Program-made: the position numbers and the translations under genes
Notes under the pieces: model-generated
Seen by the model: only the letters and a program-made list of their open reading frames with translations
Told to the model about the DNA's origin: nothing
Databases searched by the model: none
From: Octopus sinensis
Taxonomy: Eukaryota
Assembly: GCF_006345805.1 (NCBI RefSeq)
Contig: NW_021835458.1
Span: forward strand, 6,670 to 70,669
Length of the DNA: 64,000 nucleotides
Direction: 5' to 3'
Shown: positions 1 through 12,745 of the stretch, piece after piece
Layout: every line of letters begins with the position of its first letter
Position numbering within the stretch: the stretch's first letter is position 1

Positions 1-302
1 TACAAATATTGCTATCTGTGGAGACATATTTTTGTAGAAAAAAGAAATAGCAGTCTTTTGGCTGCTATTTCTAGAATTTTGGGGAATGTAGAAAAGTAAC
101 TTGTTGCTAAACCCTTAATTATTGTTATAATTATATATAAAAAATCTTTTTGTATAAGTTTTTACAGAATATGGTTCGTTTCCATACCTAAAACTACTTG
201 GTAAAATTTGTAAATATTATGAAATTAATAATTTTTTTACCCCTATATCTGTAATGATTATATATATGCCTGTGTGTGGTGTGTGTGTGTGTGTATGTAT
301 AA

Positions 303-350
<48 letters not shown>

Positions 351-1523
351 ATGTTGTGTGTGTGTGTGTGTGGTTGTGTGTGTGAATGTGTGTGTGTATG
401 AATATATGTATGTATTTATATATAGATATTATATATATATATTATATATATTATATATATATATATAAAGTGGTGCTCCAGCATGGCCGCAGTCAAATGC
501 CTAAAACAAGTAAAAGAAATTAAAGAAATATATATATATGCGTATATATATATGTACGTATGTATATATATATATATATATTATATATATATATATAAAT
601 ATGTATATCTATATATGTTGTATGTATATAGTACTTTCTATATATAATATTATGAAGATATACATATATGTCTATATACACACACTTTATATAGATAGAT
701 CAATATATACACTTATACATGCATACATAGAATCATATATACATAAACACAATCACACACACATATATACATACATACACACACAGGCACACACACACAC
801 ATACATACATACATACGTACGTACATACATACATACATACAAACATACATACATACACACACATACATACATATGTTAATCTAGATGATGATACATAATT
901 GTACCTGATAAAAGAACCTGCTTTCACGGTGTAAATAATCTTGTTGCAGCTATTGCTTTGATACCGAGCAATAGCGTTCGTATGTTTTCCGCACTCACAA
1001 GTAAACGCAAGCAAACAGTAACAAACACACGAATTGAGTTTAACGGCCATTACATTCTTTATTACGTTGATATGTAATTTTATTTCCCTTCTCTCAAATG
1101 GTTTGATATTTCCAAAATTGTGTACTTAAAACTATTCGCTTGCGATTATTTTAAGCGTGAAATAATAAATATATTATTATGTTGCTGGCAATCGTAAAAG
1201 AACAAATAATATTTGTCATTCTTTTCATATTAAGTGCATGTCACCCATAATTTTCAATGGCTTCTTATCTAAGCTGAAAATAAGGTTGTAAATGCAGCTC
1301 AGCTGTATGTGGAGTTTGCGTAGTTTAAAAATTTAATGATTGCGAAATTCTTTCCGAATTTATCAATTTATTAGAATCTACTTTCAAAGAAAATCAGCAA
1401 AAGTGGGAGTGGTTTCTTGGTGTATATTTGATACAAGTAATCTTAAGCGGAACAAGCCACATTATATATATAGATATAATAATATGCTTGTGAGCATGCA
1501 TGTGTGTGTATATGTATATATTA

Positions 1524-1595
<72 letters not shown>

Positions 1596-1755
1596 GCGCA
1601 GGAGTGGCTGTGGTGTAAGTAGCTTGCTAACCAGCCTCATGGTTCCGGTTCAGTCCCACTGCGTGGCACCTTGGGCAAGTGTCTTCTGCTATAGCCCCGG
1701 GGCGACCAATGCCTTGTGAGTGGATTTGGTAGACGGAAACTGAAAGAAGCCTGTC

Positions 1756-1799
<44 letters not shown>

Positions 1800-2013
1800 T
1801 TGTGTGTCTATGTTTGTGTCCCCCTAGCATTGCTTGACAACGATGCTGGTGTGTTTACGTCCCCGTCACTTAGCGGTTCGGCAAAAAGAGACCGATAGAA
1901 TAAGTACTACTGGGCTTACAAAGAATAAGTCCGGGGTCGATTTGTTCGACTAAAGGCGGTGCTCCAGCATGGCCGCAGTCAAATGACTGAAACAAGTAAA
2001 AGAGTAAAGAGAG
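1596..2013 (+). mobile_element. tRNA-derived SINE family A (CCTTGGGCAAG CORE-like box, internal (TA)n(TG)n)
   Basis: Head gcaggagtggctgtggtgtaag..ggttcagtccc and tail ggcggtgctccagcatggccgcagtcaaatgactgaaacaagtaaaaga. Many near-identical copies in the window. Confidence 0.85.
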
Positions 2014-2081
2014 TATATATATATATATGAAAAAACAAGTCAAAAATAGAAAATGCTAAGATGATTTTATAGTGAATCTTT

Positions 2082-2120
2082 CAGTACCGGTTTCGGTCAT
2101 TTTGAGACCTTTTCAACTGT
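2082..2120 (-). ncRNA. Minimal type-I hammerhead ribozyme motif in PLE pLTR
   Basis: Reverse complement reads CAG-UUGAAAA-GGUC ucaaaau GACC-GAAA-CCGG-UA-CUG: stem I CAG/CUG, stem II GGUC/GACC, palindromic stem III and a GUA triplet. Confidence 0.75.
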
Positions 2121-2689
2121 AACGATTAAATAATTAAATTTAGAAAAATTTAGAAAAATTAGAAGAAAGGTTTTTTTTAAGGAATACTTCCATAGTAGTG
2201 TTCAGATATAGGTGGCATTCTGCCTTTCTCTGACTCCCTTGTTTGCACTTGTGTATTCGAGGTCGTTGTGAGTTCTTGAGGGGGTGGGAGTGGGAAAATC
2301 TGGGCTGGTCAGTGGCGACCGGCAGTCGCTGTGTAGGCGTTATACTTAAAGACATTAGTGACAAGGTTAAGGGGTAGAAGGTGGAGAAGTAGAAGAAGAA
2401 GAAGAAGAAGATGACGGGGCCGATGATGATGACGATGAAGAAGAAGAAGGAGAAGGAGAAGATGATGATGATGATGGTGGTGATGACGATGACGATGATG
2501 ATGATGATAATGATGATGATGAAGAAGAAGAGGAAGAAGAAGAAAAAAACCGAGAAGGGAGAATATGAATGGTGAAGATATAGCTGTGATGGGGCGATTA
2601 GTAATGGATTCTATGGATGTAATATTTGTGGTGTATATATTTCTTTTGTTCTTAAGTTGAGGTATATTAATTGTTTGTCGTAGACCCGT

Positions 2690-3790
2690 TAAGAGTGGCC
2701 TGTATTTTATAATAAAGAGATTTTCTTTACTTATTCGTCTCGAGGTTGTATCGTCCCTAAATTGGTAGAGGGGGAAAATTCTGAAGTTTGGTGTTTTTTT
2801 GTTGGCGCAAGTATCTATGTGTTTGCTAAAAGCTATTTATCTGTTTTGGGGGATTTTATCTGGGATCTGTGCAGGGCCATTCGTTTACGCAAACCATTTT
2901 TTGTTTGGCCTATGTACTGCTCTTGACACCCGGAGCAGGTTAGTGAGTATATTAGGTTCTCCGAAGCACATGTGAAGTTGCTTTTCACTGTAAACCGTTG
3001 TCCCTGTTTGAAGGAGAACTCAGAACCCTCGATTAGATAGTCGCATATCCCGCAATTGGGTCTTCCACAATTTTTTTACTGTCGGCTTCTGTGTTGAAGA
3101 TTGAATCTGGGCTTGTGTTAGGAGACTTTTCATGGATCTAGGCTGTCTTTTGCTTTTTATGATCGTGTGTGTTTGGAGGATTCTGTTCATTCTGTGGTCT
3201 TTTTTTAGGAGGGGTATGTTGTGGAAGATGGTGCCGAAGGCTTCGTTATTGGGAGGGTTGTGTGTGGAGATGTATGGTAAGGCTTTTGGTTGTAAGTTTT
3301 TCTTTGATTTGGGATGTCTCAGTTCATTGATGTTAAGTTGAAGGGCACGTTGAATGCACTTGTCAATAAGTGAAGGTGGATAGTTCCTGGTGATTAGGGT
3401 ATCTTTTAGTTCTTGTAGTCGTGTGTCTCTGGTGTTTGCGTTAGAGACGATAGTGCATATCCTTTTTGCTAGATTGAAGGGGATATTCATCCTGGTGTGT
3501 CTGGGGTGGCATGAATTGAATGGAAGATATTGCTTAGAGTCTGTAGGCTTATAGTATATGTCTGTTTCTATTATATTATTAGCTTTCTTAATGAGGATAT
3601 CGAGGAAGGGAAGTTGTTGCTAGCTATATTCCATCGTGAATTGGATGTTTACGTCCAGCCCGTTTAAAATTTCCTGGAATTCTATAAGTTTTTCTATATT
3701 TTTATGCCAAAGAATAAAACAGTCATCTAGATATCTCTTCCAGTTGTTTTCTATGTAGATGGAGAAAGGGCTGCCATATCTTTCTAGAAC
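2690..3790 (-). pseudogene. Disrupted PLE reverse transcriptase/GIY-YIG endonuclease ORF
   Basis: YLDD near 3722-3733. ORF 3020-3490 is the linker. A frameshift near 3070 precedes the Cys motif, and there is an in-frame stop. The nuclease ends ..KENLFIIKYRPLL near 2690. Confidence 0.88.
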
Positions 3791-3854
3791 CTTTTAAAAA
3801 AACCTTTCTTCTAATTTTTCTAAATTTTTCTAAATTTAATTATTGAATCGTTTA

Positions 3855-3891
3855 CAGTTGAAAAGGTCTCAAAATGACCGAACCGGTACTG
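3855..3891 (+). ncRNA. Second copy of the same hammerhead motif, one A missing (GAA instead of GAAA)
   Basis: cagttgaaaaggtctcaaaatgaccgaaccggtactg in the inverted pLTR copy. Confidence 0.55.
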
Positions 3892-4028
3892 AAAGATTCA
3901 CTATAAAATCATCTTAGCATTTTCTATTTTTGACTTGTTTTTTCATATATATCAACTCGTGTGTTCCTTTCCATCCACCCTCTACTATATATATATATAT
4001 ATATATATATAGATATATATATATATAT

Positions 4029-4066
<38 letters not shown>

Positions 4067-4237
4067 GATATATATAGTTACAGATATACATATTATATAT
4101 TTATATATATATATATATATGTACATAGACATATATGTATATATATATATATAGACATATATGTATATATATATATAGACATATATGTATATGTATATTA
4201 TTGTATATATATATACATATTTATATATATATAGACA

Positions 4238-4272
<35 letters not shown>

Positions 4273-5427
4273 ATATATACATATATATATAGACATATAT
4301 GTATATGCATATGTATATATATATATATATACACATAGACATATATGTATATGTATATATATATGCGTATGTGTATATAAATATATACATATATGTATGT
4401 GTATATTTATATGTATATATATATGTGTATGTATGTATACATACACATACACACACACTTAATCAAGATATTGTAGAGAACAATGCATCTCTATTTCTGT
4501 ATTATTGCAATTAAATTCCAACCCGACAAGTTCTTTTGTTGAACGCACACATACTCACTCAAAACACACAAAAGCCATGCACACACACGCACGCACACAC
4601 ATTCACACACACACATATATATAGACATATATATATATATGTATGTATGTATGTAATGCAAGTATGTATGTATTTAAATAGAATATGTATGTATATATAT
4701 ATATATATAGATATATAATATATATATATATGTGTGTATGTATGTATATTATATTATATATATATATATTATTATATATATATAAATAATATATATGTAT
4801 ATATATATGACAAGTGTGTGTGGTGTGTGCGTTTGTGCGTTTGTGTGCGCGTGTGCTTTTGAAAACCGTTTTAGCTCACGCGTTCACATCGTTCCTCGCA
4901 AATTAAAAATTAATTACACGTTATCATCCAATTAATTATGTAAAACATTTATTGGAAGTAAACATTTTCCATGTAAATATCAAGTATTTAACAAAAAATT
5001 ATATTTTCTCCATGGGAGTAATGATAACTTAAATGTGCCATATTTAAAGCTATTTCGCATAAGAAATAACAGTTTTGTTATACAAAGGCAAATGTTTATA
5101 TTCAGGTTTTGCAACGGTATATACTGGTATTGAACCGTAGAAATTTAGATATCTAGGTAACAAGTCCTATCTGAACTGTAGATCCGACTCAGGGTCGATC
5201 CTACATGCGACCTATGTATAACTAGAAGACAAATGGGGTAAAACCCCTTTCTGTTTTTCTTAATATAAATATAAATATATTTATATGTCCATCTCTCTCT
5301 CTCTCTCCCTATATATAGATATATATATACTAGAATAAGCACATAAACGTGTAACAACTTAGGAAAAATACTACTCGAATACCGGAGGTAATATACTGTA
5401 TCATTAACGATGTATCTTGAATTATGC

Positions 5428-5487
5428 TTGCACTGAAGATTAAAAAGTGCATTTTGTGCACTAATTATGAAAGCATATGCTACGCAG
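5428..5487 (+). ncRNA. Hammerhead-like motif in a putative PLE terminal fragment
   Basis: uugca-CUGAAGA-(stem II with agugca/ugcacu)-GAAA-gcauaugc-UA-cgcag. One mismatch in stem I. Confidence 0.55.
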
Positions 5488-7558
5488 CTGAATCCTGTTT
5501 TTAAAATGCTCGCTTCGAGAGTTGCATTCCTCGAATTCGGTACAAATCGGTGTTTATTTATTACGGTAGTTTTGACTTTAAAGGTTCCTCCTAGCGTGAG
5601 GGATTTATGTATAGAAATGACTTTAATATATGTAAATATATTTAAGAGGACTAAATTGATGGATTTTTCCCTTATGAGGTTTTTCACGCTACTTGATAAA
5701 TTCTTATAAAAGATTTACCCTATTTTTCAATTGTATATATATATTATATAATATATATATATATATATAATATATATATATATATATAATTATAGGCGCA
5801 TGTCTTATGTATATATATTAGCAAACCAGCACTAAGAAAATATCGATAAGAGACGAAATCAATATGCATACTGAGAAACATGGGCGTTCTATAAGAAAAA
5901 AATTATACTGCTATTTTATATACTCACCTGAGCAACTGCACTGCATAACGGAACTATTTATATATTCTCTATTTCACTTACTCTCTTCTGATGCATTCAG
6001 ATGCATTCACACACCAGGCGGCTCTCCTGTTCACTTAACCAAGAAAATACTCTCTTCTATACACATACATATACATGAGTACATATCCCGGCTGACCCAT
6101 AAACACACTGACATGGCTAACCATTTGCGCATGCCCAGCATTGGTGCTTACTATCCATCACCTCTCTACTCTACTTAGGAACCACATTCACAACTGCCAA
6201 CTTAGCATTCGTTATTTCCATTTCTTCTGTAAATTCACCGACGAAATTTTCCGTTTTTTTTCTGATTTTTCACACTTCTGTATCCGTTGAGAAGTTTCCT
6301 TTTCCGCTTAGCAATTATATATGCATAATCTATATATAATGATATATGTTTTAAGCATTGCTATCACATTTACCTAATTTCGCCTCTTCGAATCATCGAT
6401 AGGTGATATCCATAAAATCGATGAAGTAGGCAATTTCGATATGATGAGGTGACAATTTATGCTATTTTCATCAATTTAATATAAACCAGGAACAACTTAA
6501 AAGAAGTGCTAGAAAACTATATATTGAAAGAGTCGAAGTAAGTCGAGTTTGTTTTTATAAGTTATGGGCTTCCTGCTATTTTATATTTGCTTCAGTATTA
6601 AGCACAGTTTATCCAGTAAATATTTTTTCCTACCTAAGATAAATTTCCTTGCAAGAAAAATTGTGATTTAAATTGGAAAATGTAGAACCGTCTTTCAAAA
6701 AATTTATCGATATCTCTAGTTACTCAAAAGATACTAAAAAATTCATGTCTGCAAAATTTATGATTATACAATTAACAAACAGTTTTGATTTACTTCAAAG
6801 CAAGTTTAATTACAACAAAGTCGTGCGCTTGAAATACTTAGAGTTTGCGAAAATTAACAGCGAAAATTACTGTCAAGAGCAAAAAGAAATTTGAAAACAC
6901 GACTTTAATCTTTTTGATTTATGATGTAAAAGAAAACATCTGCACTGATATAATTTATTGCAATACCGCAGCTAATTTTTTCTGATATTATTTGTTTTAA
7001 CTTATCCTTATGTTCTGAAAAGTATTCCTGCACAAATGGTTAGCAGTGTCAGCGTGTTTATGGGTCAGCCGAAATATATACTAATGTATATGTATGTGTA
7101 TAGTTTTTTTTAATCTCATTCTGTTAATTATATATATATATATGCATGCTAATACTAGACCTACTTTGGACTCCTCATTCGTATCATTATCAAACCTGGA
7201 GCTTAACTATAGTCTGTCCATAGCACTTACTCAGCATTACCTGACACCTTTAGGTATTCTTGACACCAATACCTCTCATAACCTATCTATGGTGTGTGTG
7301 TGAGTGTGTGTGTATAAACGCTTTCGGTATGCAAATTAAGGACTTCTTCTTAGAGCAACTGCTGCATTCGTTGAGTATGGAAACAGTTTAGCTGCTTCTT
7401 TGTCTGGAGACGGTCAAAATGATGTAGACGCCTCTGATGAGAATCCATTAAAGTTCAAAGTTTTCATCATTTTTTTCAGTCTGCGTAGAAATGGCTAAAA
7501 TTCGCCCTGTTTATAATTATACCATACGTTACACATATATATATATATAATAAGTCGC

Positions 7559-7745
7559 CATGATAGATCGTTAGCCACTACACACATTTTTTTCTCCTTG
7601 TTTTTCTGTGTCCCTTTTCTGTAGAAGAGCGTAGACTCGAAACGTAAAAGACTTTTCTATTCCTGAGTGTTATACTAACAATCTCTGTTGTTTGTGTACA
7701 CCACCTGTCTTCGTCTTTTGTTTTTTTTCGTTAAAATTTCCCTAT
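7559..7745 (+). mobile_element. Solo PLE pLTR-like repeat (family also at 9030-9220 and 29295-29400)
   Basis: Similar sequence at three loci. It contains GAGC-gtag-RCTC-GAAACGT, and the copy at 29295 abuts a PLE RT remnant. Confidence 0.55.
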
Positions 7746-7770
7746 GTATATAATATATATATTATATATA

Positions 7771-7930
7771 GGGTAAAGACACCCTTCGGTCATGAATGAC
7801 CATGGGATTGCACCTAGAAAGTTACCCTCCGACGCAAAGTTCGGGCAAGGTTGTTTATGGAAGTCCAGCAATTGCCCATGCATACCGGTCTCCCGCTCTC
7901 AACGCCACCGATGCTATCCAAGGGAAGGAC
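7771..7930 (-). mobile_element. 3' fragment of SINE family D
   Basis: Matches 25918-26075 (gggtaaagac..ttcggtcatgaatgaccatgggattgcacctagaaag). Confidence 0.8.
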
Positions 7931-8286
7931 AACAGCCGATGCAACACCATTTGTGCTGTGCATATATGTTTGTGTTTGTGCGTATACACCTTTGATGCAA
8001 GTCTGACGAGGTGCTTCTCCAATATCAAAGAGTTCGTAAATTTTCACTTCGAATTTTCGCGTAAACTGGTGTTGCAATAGAGTAGCGTTGAATAATTTTC
8101 TTTGTCTACTTATTATTATTTGGACTACTTACTCTTTGAGAAACCCATTGCATGAGGAATTCTGGTATTGGTCCAGAACACGATAATCCAGTATTCAGGT
8201 TGAGTGTTTCTGTAATAATAACTACACCTTACCAGGACCTTCGACTTATATATATATTATATATAATATATATTATATATATAGAT

Positions 8287-8329
<43 letters not shown>

Positions 8330-8424
8330 ATGTATGTATGTATGTATGATGTATGTATGTATGTATGTATTATGTATATGTGTGTGTTGGGGAGTGTGTG
8401 TGTGTATACATATATTAATACATA

Positions 8425-8547
8425 CGAGGGGTGTATAAAAATAATTCAGCCTCAAGAAATCAGAACATGGTACAAGACTTCTGATAAAGGTACAAGACTT
8501 CAAGGCTCAAAGGCCTTGAAGACTCGAACGTTCTCATACACCCTTCG
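8425..8547. mobile_element. Tc1/mariner-type MITE (about 123 bp)
   Basis: TA|CGAGGGGTGTAT...ATACACCCTTCG|TA: imperfect TIRs with a TA TSD. Confidence 0.65.
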
Positions 8548-9029
8548 TATATACATAGGCGTGTAATGATATATGCGCGTTGTTTAATGTCAAACAAATA
8601 AGGATGGAATATTCAATGCGTGCAGTAGCAGATAGGTGTTCTTTTCGAAATTAAGCTGTAAGTTTGTCGTGCAACTCGAGTTTCTCAGAACTGCGATCTT
8701 CAGAAGAGCTGAAGAATGAACTGAAGTGGGCGAGCAACAAGAGTCACTGGACAATATACATATATGTGTATATAGATATATATAAACCATACAGCACCAT
8801 ACGACACAACACATCACATCATAACCCACCAACACTGACCACTTCCCAGCCCCACATCTTACCCCCTACGCATACACACATGCACACGTCAAGGTCACCA
8901 GCCCTCTTACACACGCACATCGAACTCTCTTATGCACACGCACGCGCACCTTCGTTTTTGGATCACCACTGCTTTATTATCTCCCCTTCTTCCTAGATCT
9001 CCTGTGTGACCCTTCTGTCCGACATTCTC

Positions 9030-9220
9030 CATGATAGATCGCTAGCTACTACACATTCTTTATTTTCTCTCCTTGTTTCTTTCTGTGTTCCTTTCTGTGG
9101 AAGAGCGTAGGCTCGAAACGTTAAAGGCTTCTTCACTCCCCGAGCGTTATACTAATACATCTGTTTGTTGCCTACACCACCTGCCTTCGTCTTTTGTTTT
9201 GGTGTGAATTCTCCTCCTAC
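9030..9220 (+). mobile_element. PLE pLTR-like repeat with hammerhead-like fold at 9090-9127
   Basis: ccttt-CTGTGGAA-GAGC gtag GCTC-GAAAC-GTT-aaagg. Paralog of 7559-7745. Confidence 0.55.
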
Positions 9221-9234
9221 ATACACACACACGC

Positions 9235-9289
<55 letters not shown>

Positions 9290-10035
9290 TATATATTATA
9301 TATATTTGGTATTGTTGCATCACTCCTAGCGTTGGTTAATTACCGGAGATTATTATTCAAATAAAGGTTATTAAAGAGCATTTAATATCAATGTATTGAC
9401 ATGCGCATGTTGCTTCGATGTATGAACGTTTGTAACCGAGGTATGTGTATCTGCATACTTAAAGATGGATGTTTTGCAGCGGGGATGCCATGCGCATCAA
9501 TAATAGTAATTAATATATTTTGTCAGTAAATAATTACAGATGTTCCCAGTCAATTATCAGGACTGTTGCTGCTCGATTAATTTTTCATATTTAAACAGAT
9601 AACTTGTTAAATCTGTTCTGACAGATGGGAAATGCTTTGTGTAACTCTCTGTCATTGATCGAGTAGACTCGCCTCCGGTTTGTGAAATATGTACACACAT
9701 GACGAATTATTATGTCTGTTATTTCAATATTTGCTATAGAAGCAGTGAACACGTTTATGAATATTGTATGTAAGTTATTTTATGTCCTTCACAATGACTG
9801 TATCTCTTAGAATGTGATGGCTAATACACTTTCGCAAAATATAACTATTTTACCTAAAATGTAATTTAATTAATTTACATATCTTTTCGAACAGTCGCCA
9901 TCATCCAGGGTCCGTATGAAATTTCGTTATTAAAATGTATGTGCAATACATTGGTTATACTTCTAGAACACAAAATATAAAAATTTTTTTTTACAATTTC
10001 TAATAATATTTAATCACCAATATACACCAATATAT

Positions 10036-10470
10036 AGGCGCAGGAGTGGCTGTGTCGTAAGTAGCTTGCTTACCAGCCACATGGTTCCGGGTTCAGTCCC
10101 ACTGCGTGGCATCTTCGGCAAGTGTCTTCTACTATATAGCCTTGGGCCGACCAAAGCCTTGTGAGTGGATTTGGTAGACGGAAACTGAAAGAAGCCCGTC
10201 GTATATATGTATATATATGTATATATATATATATATGTGTGTGTGTGTGGTGTGTGTGTGTGGGTGTCTGTGTTTGTCCCCCTAGCATTGCTTGACAACC
10301 GATGCTGGTGTGTTTACGTCGCCGTCACTTAGCGGTTCGGCAAAAGCACCCGATAGACTAAGTACTGGGTTTACAAAGAATAAGTCCTGGAGTCGATTTG
10401 CTCGACTAAAGGCGGTGCTCCAGCATGGCCGCAGTCAAATGACTGAAACAAGTAAAAGAGTAAAGAGTAA
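10036..10470 (+). mobile_element. SINE family A, full length
   Basis: Same head, internal microsatellite and tail as 1596-2013. Confidence 0.88.
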
Positions 10471-10624
10471 ACAGTAGTACTATTTTTTAACACGGAATGG
10501 TTACCAAGGGTCCACCGGAGTAAAATGGGAATCAAATGGGTCCATATACAAAATATAAGAAAAAACTGTTGAGAAACAGTTTTAGGCGAAATAATACCCA
10601 TTCTCCTTACAGTTGTCAAATATA

Positions 10625-11040
10625 TATTTCTTTACTACCCTCAAGGGGCTAAACATAGAGGGGACAAACAAGGACAGACAAACGGATTAAGTCGATTACA
10701 TCGACTCCAGTGCGTAACTGGTACTTAATTTATCGACACCGAAAGGATGGAAGGGAAAGTCGACACCAATAGAATTTGAACTCAGAACGTAAAGACAGAC
10801 AAAATACCTATTTCTTTACTACCTACAAGGGGCTAAACACAGAGGGGACAAACAAGGACAGAGAAAGGGATTAAGTCGATTACATCGACCCCAGTGCGTA
10901 ACTGGTACTTAATTTATCGACCCCGAAAGGATGAAAGGCAAAGTCGACCTCGGTGGAATTTTAACTCAGAACGTAACGGCAGATGAAATACGGCTACGCA
11001 TTTTGCCCGGCGTGCTAACGTTTCTGCCAACTCGCCGCCA
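10625..11040 (-). mobile_element. SINE family B dimer with 17-bp TSD
   Basis: Head ggcggcgagttggcagaa, B-box gttaaaattcc and two body units. tacagttgtcaaatata occurs at 10608-10624 and 11041-11057. Confidence 0.88.
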
Positions 11041-11700
11041 TACAGTTGTCAAATATAATAAAGAAAACACGGTACAGTGTTTGATCCAATAAAGCAGTAC
11101 TCCGTATTTTATATTTTCTCTTCACTATTTGCTCAGATTTCAAGAGCAGCGGCGAGACCCAGCTTGGTGGCGATCAATACAACCATAAAAATTGTGAAAG
11201 CATTTCTGAACAATGTTGATCTTGTGGATGAGCCCTGGCTTCCAGTTAGTGTAAAGGGAGGTAATCATTTCTAGCTAATCCTTTCGACAATAAAGACAAC
11301 GCCTGAAAACTTCGGGAGGGCCTCGCCGATTACATCAGAAACAGTAGTCAGATGGTAGCTGATTGATCGACACCAAAATTTGAAAGGCAAATCAACCACG
11401 GCGCAATTTTTACTCAGAATGCAAAGACGAGTGAAACGATTCTGCCATCTTAAAGTCTTAAATCATTTCTAGATAATACTCGGTGAGATTAACGTTTGAA
11501 AATTAAATCTAATACCGAAAGGATGAAATGCAGAATTTGAACTCAGAAAGTGAAGACCGACAAAATGCCGCGAAGTATTTTACCTGACATTTATTATACA
11601 ATTAGTTTTGAGTCGAAACTGAAGTTTTAAATGTTTTATTCAACCGGAATTTTTAGGAGACATAAACAGCATCAATGTAAGAAATGATATTAGAAAAGTG

Positions 11701-12392
11701 AATTTCGGTCCCATTCCACAATTTCTCCAGGGTCCAAGAAAAACCATTGATTAATTGCCAAGCAAACTTATCACAGATCAATGCGTGATAAGCGTACCAC
11801 GGTTAATAATTAGCATACCGTATCATTTTGTGTCAACAATAAACGAATCAGTGATAAACGAGAACAGGTGTACAATTTCGGTCCGATTCCACAAATTCTC
11901 CTGGGACCAAAAGAACCATTGATTAATTTCCACGCCAACTTATCACAGATCAATGCGTGATAAGCGTAGCACGGTTAATTTAATAATTAGCATATCGTAT
12001 CATTTTGTGTCGACAATAAATGAATCAGTGATAAACGAGGACAGGTGTACAATTTCGGTCCGATTCCACAAATTCTCCTGGGACCAAAAGAACCATTGAT
12101 TAATTGCCAAGCCATCTTCTCACAGATCAATGCGTGATAAGCGTAGCACGGTTAATTTAATAATTAGCATATCGTATCATTTTGTGTCGACAATAAATGA
12201 ATCAGTGATAAACGAGGACAGGTGTACAATTTCGGTCCGGTTCCACAAATTCTCCTGGGACCAAAAGAACCATTGATTAATTGCCAAGCCATCTTCTCAC
12301 AGATCAATGCGTGATAAGCGTAGCACGGTTAATTTAATAATTAGCAATCCGAGTCAACTATAAACGAACCAGTGATAAATGAGGACAGGTGA
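11701..12392 (+). repeat. About 177-bp tandem repeat, about 4 units
   Basis: Units start with aatttcggtcc at 11701, 11874, 12051 and 12228. Confidence 0.92.
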
Positions 12393-12654
12393 GGAATTTT
12401 TAGAGAAAATACGAGGCAAAAGTCCCGACTCGAACTCTCGCCTGTGCTGTAACTCCAGTTAATAGAAACAAAGAGTGATATAGTGGATGTTTATTGGATA
12501 TATATTGAGTATTTATTGGATTTGAATTCAGTTTCCTACGACGTCAGCATGCAACAATTTTGCCTCTACATTGTATCAAGAATTAACACTTGTGATGACA
12601 GCAGTATTCGGCTGTAAAGAATGCGTCACAACGGATTCGTCAATAATATATATC

Positions 12655-12745
12655 TCCACCTTCCGTGTACACCAAGCCTCGCCTATACGATTTACGACTA
12701 TGTGTCACCGATCTCAAGGCCAAACATTTAGAAAGCTTGGAAATG
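12655..12745 (+). pseudogene. Helitron PIF1-like helicase C-terminal remnant
   Basis: FRVHQASPIRFTTMCHRSQGQTFRKLG resembles Helitron/PIF1 F.R.QFP.RLAFAMTINKSQGQT...VG. Confidence 0.45.

Larger units (their letters stand above)
2029..3986 (-). mobile_element. Penelope-like retroelement (Neptune-type, RT then C-terminal GIY-YIG), 5'-truncated, with inverted pseudo-LTR
   Basis: Minus-strand translation gives WKRYLDDCFILW, FLDILI..ETDIYYKPTDSKQYL..SCHP..NIPFNLAKRIC (RT/thumb) and CGRPNCGICDYL..FTCASENLIYSLTCSGCQEQYIGQT..LRKRMALHRSQI (GIY-YIG). About 2029-2180 is repeated inverted at about 3792-3944. (TA)n runs flank the element. Confidence 0.92.

Noticed and set aside
2390-2545. Acidic Asp/Glu-rich coding stretch
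   Set aside because: It is a (GAT)/(GAA) simple repeat inside the PLE 3' region.
7425-7470. CTGATGA followed by gaa..ttc
   Set aside because: No GAAA and no stem I or III, so it cannot be supported as a ribozyme.
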